From Myxococcota bacterium (GTDB taxonomy: Bacteria; Myxococcota_A; UBA796): 59,737 nucleotides of DNA. The stretch covers positions 1 through 59,737 of the forward strand of contig JAYYRF010000850.1 of the NCBI GenBank assembly GCA_036127535.1. The letters are read 5' to 3'. The notes below the pieces were generated by a model. That model did no database searches, had not been told where the DNA came from, and saw nothing but the letters and a program-made list of their open reading frames with translations. Of this stretch, positions 26,065 to 36,133 are shown piece by piece (positions within the stretch are counted from its first letter, which is position 1; each line of letters starts with the position of its first letter). The translations under genes were made by a program, and so were the position numbers.

Positions 26065-27642
26065 CTACGTCGTGATCATTCGCTCCGAACTCAACCATCG
26101 GCGAAGGAGAGTGGTCGTCATCTCCTTTTTGAGAACCATCTTTCCAGCCATTCCGCCCATTTTGATCATGTTCGTAGCGTTGGCCATTTGAATCAAGGGC
26201 CAAGGATGCTTCCGTAAAATCTCAGATTTTGCCAGTGCAAACAGCAAAGGACGCGGAACAAACTGCTTGGAAAGCATTTGGGTGAGTGCGATCCAAAAGG
26301 TATCTTCTACCGGACGAGGGTAGGAGAGATTAATGCGGTGCTGATTGAAGGTTTTGGTGTTGTCACCTTCTATGTCGTATCGAGATATGAGACCGGATTG
26401 AATGAGCTTGTGGTTGAGTTCTGATCCGGGGAAAACCGTCATAGAAAATAAGTACAGGTCATAAGGATGCGGGAACGTGGCAATCATTTCAAAGAGCTTT
26501 TTCTTGTCTTCTTCTGTAGAGACCGGGTCGTCGAATATCAATTGAAAATGCGGCTTGATTCCGAGCCGATGGTATGTTTCTGCAATATCGGCAATCGTTT
26601 GATTTTTCACCCTTCGGTCGTAAAGGTGTCCTGTCACACGCTCTGAGGATTGCACCCCCATATAAACATTTTTGAGGCCAGCATCGCGCAAAATACTCAT
26701 GCGATGTTCATTGACGAGCTTGGGTTCGATAAAAATCTCAAACGGCAAACCGATCTCTTTGGGATAGATTTTACTGAAGTCTTTGAGCCAGTCCAAGTGA
26801 AAATTAAAGACTTCGTCGTCAAATCGAATGCGTTTGAAATCCCAATGGCCACGCGCCTGTTTGATCTCTTCGACCATCGAAGCGGGAGACCGAACCCGAA
26901 ACCACTTCTGACCGGGATATACGTCTTTTTTATATGTTGAATTGTAGCAGTAACTGCACTTGTAGATACATCCTCTGCTCCCCATCATTTGGAAAACGGG
27001 GTCTCCGTGCATGGGATCCCCTACAACGTAGGAACGGCCGTATATAAAGTACTTTTCATTGTGAGAGGTGTAATCGCGAAAGACGAGGTCATCCAAGTTC
27101 TGAACCAAAGGACGCAAAGAATTTTTAACGACGTCTTCGCCGGATCGACGAAACCAAACGTTCTTACTGTCCAAGAAGTCATCGACACTTTTGGAGTGCT
27201 TTAGGGCATTCATAAAGTCCAAGAGCGCCAGCTCTCCTTCCCCTTTCAGAATCATATCGGTTTTGGAAATGCAATCATCCGGTGCCATCGTCGGATGCAT
27301 CCCACCCCAAAGGACTGGGAGATCCAATTCGTTGTGTAGGAATTCCGTTATGATTTGAGCCTGGTGGGCGTAGGCGCTCGCACGAATCGAGAGTGCTGCC
27401 AAATTGAGTTCTTCACGACGAATGATACGTGCCAGGTTTTCGAGCTGCGCGTCGGATGCCGCTTCTAGGGAATTGGAGATCCAATCCTTGAAGTAAATCT
27501 CCACGACTTTGAACCCCGCTGCTCGCAAGGTCGCCGCCAGGATCCGAACCGCATTGTTCTCTACGTCCCACAAAGAGATGATCCCCAGGCGCGGCTCTTC
27601 CAAACGCGCATTTCTTTGTAATCGCTTTAAACGATGCAACAT
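26065..27642 (-). CDS. B12-binding-domain radical SAM protein (class B), paralog of 9396-10958
   Basis: 525 aa. Contains GIISLWDVENNAVRILAATLRAAGFKVVEIYFKDW (B12 domain), LWGGMHPT and SRGCIYKCSYC. It appears collinear with the 520-aa protein along its whole length. Confidence 0.85.
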   Translation of the reverse strand: MLHRLKRLQRNARLEEPRLGIISLWDVENNAVRILAATLRAAGFKVVEIYFKDWISNSLEAASDAQLENLARIIRREELNLAALSIRASAYAHQAQIITEFLHNELDLPVLWGGMHPTMAPDDCISKTDMILKGEGELALLDFMNALKHSKSVDDFLDSKNVWFRRSGEDVVKNSLRPLVQNLDDLVFRDYTSHNEKYFIYGRSYVVGDPMHGDPVFQMMGSRGCIYKCSYCYNSTYKKDVYPGQKWFRVRSPASMVEEIKQARGHWDFKRIRFDDEVFNFHLDWLKDFSKIYPKEIGLPFEIFIEPKLVNEHRMSILRDAGLKNVYMGVQSSERVTGHLYDRRVKNQTIADIAETYHRLGIKPHFQLIFDDPVSTEEDKKKLFEMIATFPHPYDLYLFSMTVFPGSELNHKLIQSGLISRYDIEGDNTKTFNQHRINLSYPRPVEDTFWIALTQMLSKQFVPRPLLFALAKSEILRKHPWPLIQMANATNMIKMGGMAGKMVLKKEMTTTLLRRWLSSERMITT

Positions 27643-27701
27643 GATGGGCTCCTCTCGAACGAAATGTCACCATATGTAACTGTAGGGTATTTTGACCCCT
27701 T

Positions 27702-28184
27702 CTACAAGCCGTCTTCCTCTTTTTGAACCCAGATCGGAGACAATTTCACACGTTGACGTGCGAATAAACAATTTCCGCTCCCTTTTTCAAAGTCTCTGCA
27801 GCATCTCGGACGATCGACATAAATCCGACAACGATTGTCTTCTTGTAGAGCCATACAAAAATTTCCTTCCCTCCGACGAACCCCCCAGCGCCCCTCCTGC
27901 TTGAACAAAAGTTTTGGATGTTTTTTACGAACCGGATCTTTTACCGACACCTCAACGGCATCAAACGATGGGCCGCAACAGGCAGCACAGTCCAAACAGT
28001 CTACCTCTGGCTCCCAAAAAGAGCACCCCCGCCACTCGGCCTTAACCCTCTTCGATCCGGACGGAACGCATCGGAGAACCTTTGGACCCGGCCCTGCTTT
28101 TTTCGACCAAAAACAAGAACCACATGTCGTTTTACAGCTACCCCAACTCAACCCCAACGGATGCATCTCTTTTCCCTCGTACAT
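27702..28184 (-). CDS. YkgJ-family Cys-cluster protein (CxxCxxCC putative Zn/Fe-binding domain)
   Basis: Contains CLDCAACC plus the downstream C.ALQEDNRCRIYVDRPRCCRDF, the family signature. It lies upstream of and co-directional with the third radical SAM gene (59-nt gap). Confidence 0.8.
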   Translation of the reverse strand: MYEGKEMHPLGLSWGSCKTTCGSCFWSKKAGPGPKVLRCVPSGSKRVKAEWRGCSFWEPEVDCLDCAACCGPSFDAVEVSVKDPVRKKHPKLLFKQEGRWGVRRREGNFCMALQEDNRCRIYVDRPRCCRDFEKGSGNCLFARQRVKLSPIWVQKEEDGL

Positions 28185-28204
28185 TCGCGATTATCTTTTG
28201 TGGC

Positions 28205-28681
28205 ATGAAATTCATTACCGTGCAAATCGATGTAGACGGAAAGAAGGATCTCTCGCTTCCCGTCCCCATCCCCCCGCAAGATTTGACAAAAAGAATCTAC
28301 TACGCACTGGCTTCCTTTGGAGGAATTGCTTCTGCGCGTTCTGTACATGTGTTTTTTCCGAACATTCCCTTCTCTCAATTCAACCGGAAGTTAAAGAGCC
28401 GCCGTACCATACAGTCCTTAGGAGGAGGATACTACGCACTACGCGGGATTCCCGTTCTTCCTCTCCAAGAGTGGTTCATACGTCTGCTTTGTCACAAAGA
28501 ACCTCTTTCAGAAGAGGCCTGCCTACAAGAAATAATGAATTATTACCCCCACGGCGATACCATTGCAATCCGATCATGGTTAAGACAACGTCCCGTAGGC
28601 AGTATCCGCATACGAAATTTTTTTTACGCCTCTCCGCGGAAGGAGTCCAACAATGCCGTATCTCGAAAGACTCTTGATTAA
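28205..28681 (+). CDS. Hypothetical protein
   Basis: 158 aa from the internal ATG at 28205. The upstream part of the track ORF is antisense to the YkgJ gene. No motif recognised. Confidence 0.45.
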   Translation: MKFITVQIDVDGKKDLSLPVPIPPQDLTKRIYYALASFGGIASARSVHVFFPNIPFSQFNRKLKSRRTIQSLGGGYYALRGIPVLPLQEWFIRLLCHKEPLSEEACLQEIMNYYPHGDTIAIRSWLRQRPVGSIRIRNFFYASPRKESNNAVSRKTLD

Positions 28682-28883
28682 TTTAATCGAAAGCAATGAT
28701 CTGGTTCTAAAAGACGGTGCATCGCTACCGGAACTTTTGGTGGAAATTCAAGATAAATTACTACAAAACCAAGCCGCGGTTCAAGTGGGAGAATGGTTGG
28801 GACGCACCCTTGTACAATCAGAATTTGTCGAGGAACTCTACGCGAGTGATCGAGAGCTATACCAACGTCTGAGTGAACTTTAG
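28653..28883 (+). CDS. Hypothetical small acidic helical protein
   Basis: 76-aa ORF overlapping the previous gene by 29 nt. Its composition is coding-like (Leu/Glu-rich helices). Its 3' end overlaps the convergent rmlD-like gene by 4 nt. Confidence 0.35.
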   Translation: MPYLERLLINLIESNDLVLKDGASLPELLVEIQDKLLQNQAAVQVGEWLGRTLVQSEFVEELYASDRELYQRLSEL

Positions 28884-29716
28884 TTTCGATCTAACCATCT
28901 TGTTCCTGCCTGTTCGAGGCATCTTTCCATCGCGGCGCTCCACGAAAGAGGCGGATAAGCAAAGGTCTGAGAAAAAAGATCGCTCCCCAAGCAAGAACGA
29001 GAAGGACGATACACCGCAGAAAGCTCCGCGCGGGTCATCGTTTCGTACTCGGGTGCAATGTTCAATCTCTTCGCGGCCGAAACGATCCAGTCCTCTGCAG
29101 AAACCGCTCCACTACACGCGAGATGATACAAGCCAGTGTTTCCCGTCAAAGCGGCTCCAATACCTTTCGAAACCCAGTCTACCGGTGTCGGCGATCCAAT
29201 TTGATCCCGAACCAAAACCAAAGGCTGCCGACGATGCAAACGGCGCAATGCGGTCGCAAAGAAACTCTTTCGTCCACAACCATAAAGCCATTGAACCCGC
29301 AGTACCACTGCATCGTATGCCAAGGCCGCTTCTTCTCCTTTCCACTTGCTCACGGCATATGTAGATCTCGGGTTGGGGGTAAGTTGTTCCGACAGAACCT
29401 CTCGATCCGGATCATCCAACACATAATCGGTTGAAATGTGTATCAATCGAATCGATAAAGAGGCGCATATTTCAGCAAGAAAGGCAACAGCATATGTATT
29501 CACAGCAAAGGTTCTCTCTTTCTCTTGTTCAGCAAGATCGACACGCGCCTGGGCCGCTGCATTGATAAAAACCCTTGGCTTTCCTTGTTTGAGTGTAGAA
29601 AATAACCGTCCACGGTCGGTAATATCGAGTTCTTTCTTTGAAAATCCTCGATAGCCTTGTTTTCGGAGAGCCGTTCCCAATAGACCGTCCGCACCACTCA
29701 CCCAAACATCCTTCAT
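28880..29716 (-). CDS. rmlD: dTDP-4-dehydrorhamnose reductase-like NAD(P)-dependent sugar reductase
   Basis: Contains GADGLLG (Rossmann), INAAA, ISTDYVLD, YAVSKWKGE (YxxxK) and LRVQWLYG, which together form the RmlD pattern. Confidence 0.85.
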   Translation of the reverse strand: MKDVWVSGADGLLGTALRKQGYRGFSKKELDITDRGRLFSTLKQGKPRVFINAAAQARVDLAEQEKERTFAVNTYAVAFLAEICASLSIRLIHISTDYVLDDPDREVLSEQLTPNPRSTYAVSKWKGEEAALAYDAVVLRVQWLYGCGRKSFFATALRRLHRRQPLVLVRDQIGSPTPVDWVSKGIGAALTGNTGLYHLACSGAVSAEDWIVSAAKRLNIAPEYETMTRAELSAVYRPSRSCLGSDLFSQTFAYPPLSWSAAMERCLEQAGTRWLDRN

Positions 29717-29792
29717 CGCATTCGCTCTCCATCATTTGTTAGACGTATGACACTCTTTGGGCTATTATAGCCTTCCACGGCAGGAGTGCGGA

Positions 29793-30416
29793 ATGAAAAT
29801 ACTGGGTTTAGATGAGGCGGGAAGAGGGTGTGTCTTGGGCTCGCTGTTTGTCGGAGCTTGCTGCTGTTTGGACACCCAAATCAAGACCGTTGTTGAAAGC
29901 GGTGCAACCGACTCTAAAAAGCTCAGCGCTAAAAAGCGAGAAAAGATACTGGGGGTCTTGGAACCCCTGGTTCAAACACGCCACTTGAGCATCTCGCCAA
30001 CGGAGATCGACAACGGAAACATCAACCAACTCGAGGAGGAAGCGTTTATCGATCACATCGTGCATTTCGAACCCGATGTCGTGTATATCGATGCGCCGGT
30101 ACATCCCAACGGCATACCCGCATTTGTTCGTCGAATGAAAGAACAACTGCATCGTTCCGGAATCAAGGTGCCGAAATTGATCGTCGAACCCAAAGCGGAT
30201 CTCACCTATCCAATTGTCGGTGCCGCGAGTATTGTTGCAAAGGTACATCGCGATCGCTCGATCAAGGCGCTGGGAGAAGTCGGCTCCGGTTATCCCAGCG
30301 ATCCGAAAACACGGTCTTGGATTAAAGGCTTTTTAGAGAGAGGAGAAGAACTACCTTCTTCGGTACGTACCCGATGGGGAACAGTTGCTTCCCTACGAGC
30401 AGAGTGCAAAAAATGA
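29793..30416 (+). CDS. rnhB: Ribonuclease HII
   Basis: Begins MKILGLDEAGRGCVLGSLFVGA (DEAGRG catalytic motif) and contains DSKKLS and ASIVAKV.RD. An AGGAG lies 6 nt upstream of the ATG at 29793. Confidence 0.9.
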   Translation: MKILGLDEAGRGCVLGSLFVGACCCLDTQIKTVVESGATDSKKLSAKKREKILGVLEPLVQTRHLSISPTEIDNGNINQLEEEAFIDHIVHFEPDVVYIDAPVHPNGIPAFVRRMKEQLHRSGIKVPKLIVEPKADLTYPIVGAASIVAKVHRDRSIKALGEVGSGYPSDPKTRSWIKGFLERGEELPSSVRTRWGTVASLRAECKK

Positions 30417-31102
30417 GCCTGGGCGTCGCCATACCGATGTACAACGAAGAAGGCAACTGCGAGCGTGTGATTCAACGATGCATCTCCCACCTCAGCGAAT
30501 CCAATATCGAATTTCATCTTGCGGTTGTCAATAACGGCTCCAACGATGGTACCGGCCTAATTTTGGAAGACTTCGCTCGTAGAGAGAGTCGTTTAATCGC
30601 AATCCATCTATCGGAGAATCAAGGGTACGGCGGCGGAATTTTGGCCGGACTCAATAATTTGATTCTCAAGAAGCCGGAGATTATCGGTTGGACATGGGGA
30701 GACGGACAAGTCTGCTCCACCGTCTTACCCAAACTCTACGCTGAGTGTAAGCGCGGAGCTGATATCGCCAAAGCATGTCGAATCCAAAGACAAGACGGAT
30801 ATCGCAGAAGAGTCATTTCGAAAACCTATGCGGGCGCAATCAAACTGATCGGTGCACGCAGCGCAGATGTGAACGGATGTCCCAAACTTTTTCGCACAGA
30901 AGTATACCGAGATCTTCATCTGACCTCCACCGACTGGTTTATAGATGCAGAAGCAATCCTCAAAGCGGAAAAACAAGGTCGAAGCATCTATCAAGAGCCC
31001 GTAATTATGGAGCCAAGAGCCTTCGGAAAAAGCAAGGTAAAAGCGCAGACAATTTTGGAATTCACTAAAAATATCGCTTTATGGAATCTGAAAAAGCACT
31101 AA
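30413..31102 (+). CDS. Family 2 glycosyltransferase (polyprenol-phosphate sugar transferase/DPM1-like)
   Basis: Contains VAIPMYNEE, VVNNGSNDGT, ENQGYGGG and ..GDGQ... The ATG at 30413 overlaps the rnhB stop (ATGA). Confidence 0.85.
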   Translation: MSLGVAIPMYNEEGNCERVIQRCISHLSESNIEFHLAVVNNGSNDGTGLILEDFARRESRLIAIHLSENQGYGGGILAGLNNLILKKPEIIGWTWGDGQVCSTVLPKLYAECKRGADIAKACRIQRQDGYRRRVISKTYAGAIKLIGARSADVNGCPKLFRTEVYRDLHLTSTDWFIDAEAILKAEKQGRSIYQEPVIMEPRAFGKSKVKAQTILEFTKNIALWNLKKH

Positions 31103-31488
31103 TCTCGTGGTGGAGTTGGCCGGCACGTCAACAACCCGTGCGATCTGTCTTTGCGTGGCTCATCATCCTTGTATCCATTTTCCTTTGCTCGAAATGGAGT
31201 TTTTTTCTATCCCTCGGAATTAGCGTCGCATTGATATCTTCACTCTCTGAAGTGCTCCTACCCACGCTATACCAAATCAAAAAGATGCATATCTCGGTCT
31301 ACTCCTTGCATATCCACCGCAGTATTCCGTGGGCGCAAGTTAAAGCCGTAAAACAAAAAGAACGCGGCTTCTTATTGACGATTGACGCATATCAAGACCG
31401 GAAGAAGAATCTCTTTCTCTATTGCAATTCGAACAAAGAGAAAATAGGATTGGTTCTAGAGCAAAAAATCGTTGAGAATCAAACGTGA
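31081..31488 (+). CDS. Small membrane protein (2 TM + soluble tail), hypothetical
   Basis: 135 aa. A hydrophobic hairpin (VFAWLIILVSIFL / FFLSLGISVALISSL) is followed by a ~70-aa soluble segment. It overlaps the GT2 gene by 22 nt. Confidence 0.5.
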   Translation: MESEKALISWWSWPARQQPVRSVFAWLIILVSIFLCSKWSFFLSLGISVALISSLSEVLLPTLYQIKKMHISVYSLHIHRSIPWAQVKAVKQKERGFLLTIDAYQDRKKNLFLYCNSNKEKIGLVLEQKIVENQT

Positions 31489-31769
31489 ACAAAATCACCA
31501 TAAGCCAACCTGAACTTGAAGCCGTCGATGAAGTACTCGAATTTATCATACGGTTTGGACTGACCGTTCCTGCCATATTGACACTGGAAACGCTTCGTCC
31601 TCTCTCTCGCATGGGCGCGCAATTTATGCACATCCTAACCCCCTCGATCTGCGTATTCCTCTCCCCCTCCCACTGGACTTCCTTTGCAGAACTATTGGAA
31701 CAGCCGGGCGGCTTGGATCATATACTCTCTCGCCTAGAATTCCTCGATCGGAAAGCACAAATCCAATGA
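31485..31769 (+). CDS. Hypothetical 94-aa protein
   Basis: The GTG start overlaps the previous stop (GTGA) and the stop overlaps the next ATG (ATGA). No motif recognised. Confidence 0.45.
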   Translation: MNKITISQPELEAVDEVLEFIIRFGLTVPAILTLETLRPLSRMGAQFMHILTPSICVFLSPSHWTSFAELLEQPGGLDHILSRLEFLDRKAQIQ

Positions 31770-33586
31770 GTACAACACCCGAGAATGACTTTCGCAGTAT
31801 TCTTGCGACCGATTGCGGATCTACGACCACGAAAGCCATCCTAATTCAAAAAATTGACGGTGTTTATCGCCAAACCTACCGCGGAGAAGCGCCAACAACC
31901 GTCGAAGCGCCCTTTGAAGACGTTACACGTGGCGTGCTCAACGCTGCCCAAGAAATTGGGGAGTTAATGGGCAGAAAGATCGTTCGCGACGATGGTTCGG
32001 GTATTATCACCCCTGAAAAAGAATCCGAAGGTGTCGATATTTATATTTCTACCTCTTCTGCGGGTGGTGGATTGCAAGTCGTGGTTGCGGGGGTCGTGCG
32101 CTCGATGACAACCGAATCTGCCATGCGGGCTGCCCTCGGATCGGGTGCGATCGTAATGGATGCTTTCTCAACCAACGATAAACGGCCGCCACACGAGCAA
32201 ATCGAAAAAATTCGACAGCTTCGTCCGGACATGATCCTTCTCGCGGGTGGGGTCGATGGCGGAACCGAAAAGCATGTCATTGCGCTGGCGGAGCGAATTT
32301 GTGCGGCTCAGCCCCGCACACGACTCGGAGGCGACTTCAATCTACCCATCATCTTCGCCGGCAATAAACAAGTGAGAGAACCGGTATCCAAACTGCTCGA
32401 AGACATTTGCGCGCTTGAGATCGTGGACAACGTTCGCCCCGTCATGGAAAAAGAAAACCTCGCGCCGGCGCGCGATAAAATTCACGATTTGTTCATGGAG
32501 CACGTCATGGCCCAGGCACCGGGCTACGGAAAACTCATGAAGTGGGTCTCCACACCGATTATGCCCACACCGGGTGCGGTGGGTCAAATCATGAAAACCA
32601 TTGCAGAACAGCGAAAAATCAATATTCTCGGTGTCGATATCGGTGGAGCAACCACAGACGTCTTTAGCGTCTTCGACTCCATTTTTAATCGAACCGTCTC
32701 CGCGAATCTCGGTATGAGCTACTCCGTAAGCAATGTGCTCGCAGAAGCCGGACTCGCACACGTTCTTCGTTGGATCCCCTTTCGCATCGACGCAAAAGCA
32801 CTCCGCAACCGAATCGGAAACAAAATGATTCGGCCGACCACCATTCCCCAAACGCTGGAAGAGCTTCAGGTAGAACAAGCGATTGCCAGGGAAGCACTCC
32901 GTTTGGCGTTTATCCAACACAAAACATTTGCTGTTGGGCTCAAAGGCGTCCAAAAACAGCGTGGAATTGCGGACGCTTTCGCCCAAGAAGGAAGCGATAC
33001 CATCGTACAGATGATGAACTTGGATCTAATCGTTGGCTCCGGTGGAGTTCTTTCCCATGCTCCCAGACGCGCACAGACGATGCGTATGCTCATCGATGCC
33101 TATCAACCAGAAGGTTATACCGAGATTGCCGTCGATTCCATTTTTATGATGCCGCACCTCGGCGTCCTATCGACCATTCACCTACAAGCAGCCACAGACG
33201 TCTTTGAAAAAGACTGTTTGGTCTACCTCGGATCTTGTATCGCACCTATCGGAGACTTTGACGAAAAGAGTCCCTTGCTCAAACTTCATCTCACGCTCCC
33301 CCAAGAACCCGAGATTGAAGAAATCCTTTCCTTTGGAGAGCTATATTTTTGGTCTTTGGCGGAGGGACAAGAGGCAAATGTTCGCATTACCCCCCTCCAA
33401 AACAAACTCGATTTGGGTAACGGACCCGCTCAGCCGATCTCGTTGAAAGCAAAAGGAGGAAAGGTTGGACTGGTTATAGACACGCGCGGACGACCGATTC
33501 GGTTTCCCCACAACCCAGAAATACGTACCCAAACCTTATACAAATGGTGCTCTTCGATGGACGAGTATCCTGAAGGAGAGCGTTAG
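31766..33586 (+). CDS. GlmL/MutL-like ASKHA (actin/Hsp70-fold) ATPase, long form
   Basis: 606 aa. ILATDCGSTTTKAILI (phosphate-1 motif as in glutamate mutase component L), LLAGGVDGG, LGVDIGGATTDVFSV (second DxGG.TTD phosphate motif) and VGSGGVLSHAP. Confidence 0.7.
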   Translation: MSTTPENDFRSILATDCGSTTTKAILIQKIDGVYRQTYRGEAPTTVEAPFEDVTRGVLNAAQEIGELMGRKIVRDDGSGIITPEKESEGVDIYISTSSAGGGLQVVVAGVVRSMTTESAMRAALGSGAIVMDAFSTNDKRPPHEQIEKIRQLRPDMILLAGGVDGGTEKHVIALAERICAAQPRTRLGGDFNLPIIFAGNKQVREPVSKLLEDICALEIVDNVRPVMEKENLAPARDKIHDLFMEHVMAQAPGYGKLMKWVSTPIMPTPGAVGQIMKTIAEQRKINILGVDIGGATTDVFSVFDSIFNRTVSANLGMSYSVSNVLAEAGLAHVLRWIPFRIDAKALRNRIGNKMIRPTTIPQTLEELQVEQAIAREALRLAFIQHKTFAVGLKGVQKQRGIADAFAQEGSDTIVQMMNLDLIVGSGGVLSHAPRRAQTMRMLIDAYQPEGYTEIAVDSIFMMPHLGVLSTIHLQAATDVFEKDCLVYLGSCIAPIGDFDEKSPLLKLHLTLPQEPEIEEILSFGELYFWSLAEGQEANVRITPLQNKLDLGNGPAQPISLKAKGGKVGLVIDTRGRPIRFPHNPEIRTQTLYKWCSSMDEYPEGER

Positions 33587-33587
33587 T

Positions 33588-34712
33588 ATGGCTATCTTTA
33601 CGCCTGGGCTCAAGGTTTCGGATCGAACGCTTCTGGTGAAAACGCGACGATTACCCCTCAAAGGAGAAGTTCTCGTTCAAAAAGGACAACGTGTAAAAGC
33701 ATTTGACATCATCGCCAAGACGGAACTGCCCGGTAAAATTTACCCTATCAATATCGCAAATCAGCTCGGTGTCCCCGCATCACGACTCAAAGAAGCGATG
33801 CTTAAGGATATTGGAGACCGCATTGTTGAAGGAGAATTGATCGCGCAAACCAAGGGTTTCATGGGACTCTTTCGATCAGAGTCCCACGCTTTGGTCTCCG
33901 GAACCATACAGAGCATCTCCCCCATCTCCGGAGAAGTTATTATTCAGGCAAATCCTATTCCCGTGGTTATGGATGCATATGTAGACGGACTGGTCGTCGA
34001 TGTCTTGGAAAATGAAGGCTGCTCGATTCAAACATCCGCATGCCTTGTGCAGGGTATCTTTGGTTTGGGAGGAGAAGTACAAGCACCTCTTCAAATGGGT
34101 GTTCAAAGTGCCGGTCAGACCTTGGATGCCAGCCAAATCCTCGATAACATGAAGGGTCATATCGTTGTTGCCGGCGCATTTGTGACCAAAGAAGCGGTAC
34201 AAAAAGCGATCGATGTTGGAGCAAAAGCGATTATAACCGGTGGCTTCGATTACAACGATATCAAAGACTTGCTGGGCTATGAGGTTGGTGTTGCCATTAC
34301 CGGCTCAGAAGAAATCGGTATTAGCATTATGGTCACCGAAGGATTCGGTGAAATTGCAATGGCGCCGAAAAGCTTCTCTCTACTAAAAAAATACGACGGC
34401 TATCAAGCTTCTCTGAATGGTTCTACCCAAATTCGAGCCGGCGTCATCCGTCCCGAGGTCATCATTACCCATACAGAAGATGATCTACCCAAAGAGCGAT
34501 GGAATCCCCCAGAACCCAAAGGCATTCAACTGGGGGATCGCGTGCGCGGGATTCGTTCACCCTACTTTGGAAAACTCGGCTTTGTACATGCACTCCCCAT
34601 ATCCCTAGAAACCATGCCTTCGGAGACCAAAGTCCGCGTTCTCGAAATTCAATTCGATGATGGAACCATTGCCACCGTTCCCAGAGCCAACGTAGAGAGC
34701 ATAGAAGAATGA
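33588..34712 (+). CDS. Hypothetical soluble protein with barrel-sandwich-like N-terminus and KOW/SH3-like C-terminus
   Basis: 374 aa. The N-terminus (LPLKGEVLVQKGQRVKAFDIIAKTELPG) resembles single-hybrid-motif (biotinyl/lipoyl-like) hairpins. The C-terminus (GDRVRGIRSPYFGKLGFV...VRVLEIQFDDGTIATVPRANVE) resembles a KOW motif. It starts 1 nt after the GlmL-like stop. Confidence 0.55.
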   Translation: MAIFTPGLKVSDRTLLVKTRRLPLKGEVLVQKGQRVKAFDIIAKTELPGKIYPINIANQLGVPASRLKEAMLKDIGDRIVEGELIAQTKGFMGLFRSESHALVSGTIQSISPISGEVIIQANPIPVVMDAYVDGLVVDVLENEGCSIQTSACLVQGIFGLGGEVQAPLQMGVQSAGQTLDASQILDNMKGHIVVAGAFVTKEAVQKAIDVGAKAIITGGFDYNDIKDLLGYEVGVAITGSEEIGISIMVTEGFGEIAMAPKSFSLLKKYDGYQASLNGSTQIRAGVIRPEVIITHTEDDLPKERWNPPEPKGIQLGDRVRGIRSPYFGKLGFVHALPISLETMPSETKVRVLEIQFDDGTIATVPRANVESIEE

Positions 34713-36130
34713 TATACTTGCTTTGGATGCTCCTTTGTTTCACGCATGCCCGCGAAGCGCTGATCCCCATTGAAAGCGTAACGGTAGCGGCACCTCCAAA
34801 CGATAGTGGCACGCACTTGACGATCTCTTGGCGCTTGCGAAACGATACTTTTTTTCATGTCGTGAACGACCAAAATCAGATCGTACAAACGCTTCCGCAC
34901 CACGCGCGCAGCCTGTCTATATCCGACTCAAAGACCGCCAAGAACTGGATGGTGTACGCCCTGAATGATCCGTCTCCATCCCTGCAGCAAGTCTTGGCAG
35001 AGGGAACATCGCTATCGTTGGCGAATGATACAGACAATCTCTCTTGGTCTTGGCCAGGCCTCAGACAAGGATACGCCGTTCTACGATGTACACCACAAGG
35101 AAACCATAATTGCGAAGATCACAGAGGCAATTGGTCTGTCGTCCGAAAAGGCATCTCCCCTCTCGATCGCTCCTACGAAGATGTGGTCTCGAACAATCCT
35201 CTGCAAGATCCGATACGCGAACGCTACGCCTATCGCGTGGTGACGCTGCCGGTAGAGTATGCCAACGATACAAAAATCGATTTTTTCTCTCTCCTACTCA
35301 ATTACGGCTCCTCGTCGAGCACCGCATTTGGAACGCCACAGGCAACGTGGTGGAAAAATATACCCGGAATCTACACGCTCCTTTTCTTTATCTTTGGCAC
35401 AGGTGGCCTAATTTTCTTCTTTACGGCCCAAGCCCAGCGCGGAAAGAAACTGACCATTCGTAAAATACCGGGTATAGACGCCATAGAGGAAGGAATCGGT
35501 CGCGCCACCGAGATGGGAAAACCGGTTTTATATGTTCCGGGTATCGAGTCCCTTGAGGATATCCAAACCATCGCTTCGATGCTGATTTTGGGAGAAGTGT
35601 CGAAAACCATCGCGGAATATCAAAGTGATGTCATCGTATCGTGTATGGTACCCATCGTGCGAGAAGTTGCAGACGAAGTGGTGAAATCAGGCTACTATCG
35701 CGCCGGGCACCCCGATGCGTACGATCCGACATCCGTACGCTTCATCTCCTCCGACCAATTCGCTTTTTGCGCGGGAACCAATGGGATCATGTATCGTCAA
35801 AAACCAGCGACCAATATCTACTTGGGTCGATTTTTCGCAGAATCACTCATTTTAGCGGAGACCGGATTTGCCAACAAAGCCATTCAAATCGCCGGAACGG
35901 CTGAGGTTACCCAACTTCCCTTCTTTTTGGCAGCCTGCGACTATACCCTTATCGGTGAGGAACTTTTCGCGGTATCGGCGTATCTATCCGATGATCCACG
36001 ACTCTTATCTTCGCTCAAGGCTTCAGACTGGATCAAAATCGTCATCATTGTCTTTCTTTCCTTGGGTGTAATCGCTGCCAGCTTTGGCTCCACGATTTTT
36101 CACCAACTTCTCAGTATTTCTCAGGGCTAA
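34709..36130 (+). CDS. Membrane protein: signal peptide, ~200-aa exported domain, TM, ~200-aa cytoplasmic domain, C-terminal TM
   Basis: 473 aa with an ATGA overlap to the previous gene. Hydrophobic segments are at the N-terminus, at IYTLLFFIFGTGGLIFFFTA and at WIKIVIIVFLSLGVIAASFG. Confidence 0.6.
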   Translation: MIYLLWMLLCFTHAREALIPIESVTVAAPPNDSGTHLTISWRLRNDTFFHVVNDQNQIVQTLPHHARSLSISDSKTAKNWMVYALNDPSPSLQQVLAEGTSLSLANDTDNLSWSWPGLRQGYAVLRCTPQGNHNCEDHRGNWSVVRKGISPLDRSYEDVVSNNPLQDPIRERYAYRVVTLPVEYANDTKIDFFSLLLNYGSSSSTAFGTPQATWWKNIPGIYTLLFFIFGTGGLIFFFTAQAQRGKKLTIRKIPGIDAIEEGIGRATEMGKPVLYVPGIESLEDIQTIASMLILGEVSKTIAEYQSDVIVSCMVPIVREVADEVVKSGYYRAGHPDAYDPTSVRFISSDQFAFCAGTNGIMYRQKPATNIYLGRFFAESLILAETGFANKAIQIAGTAEVTQLPFFLAACDYTLIGEELFAVSAYLSDDPRLLSSLKASDWIKIVIIVFLSLGVIAASFGSTIFHQLLSISQG

Positions 36131-36133
36131 TCC

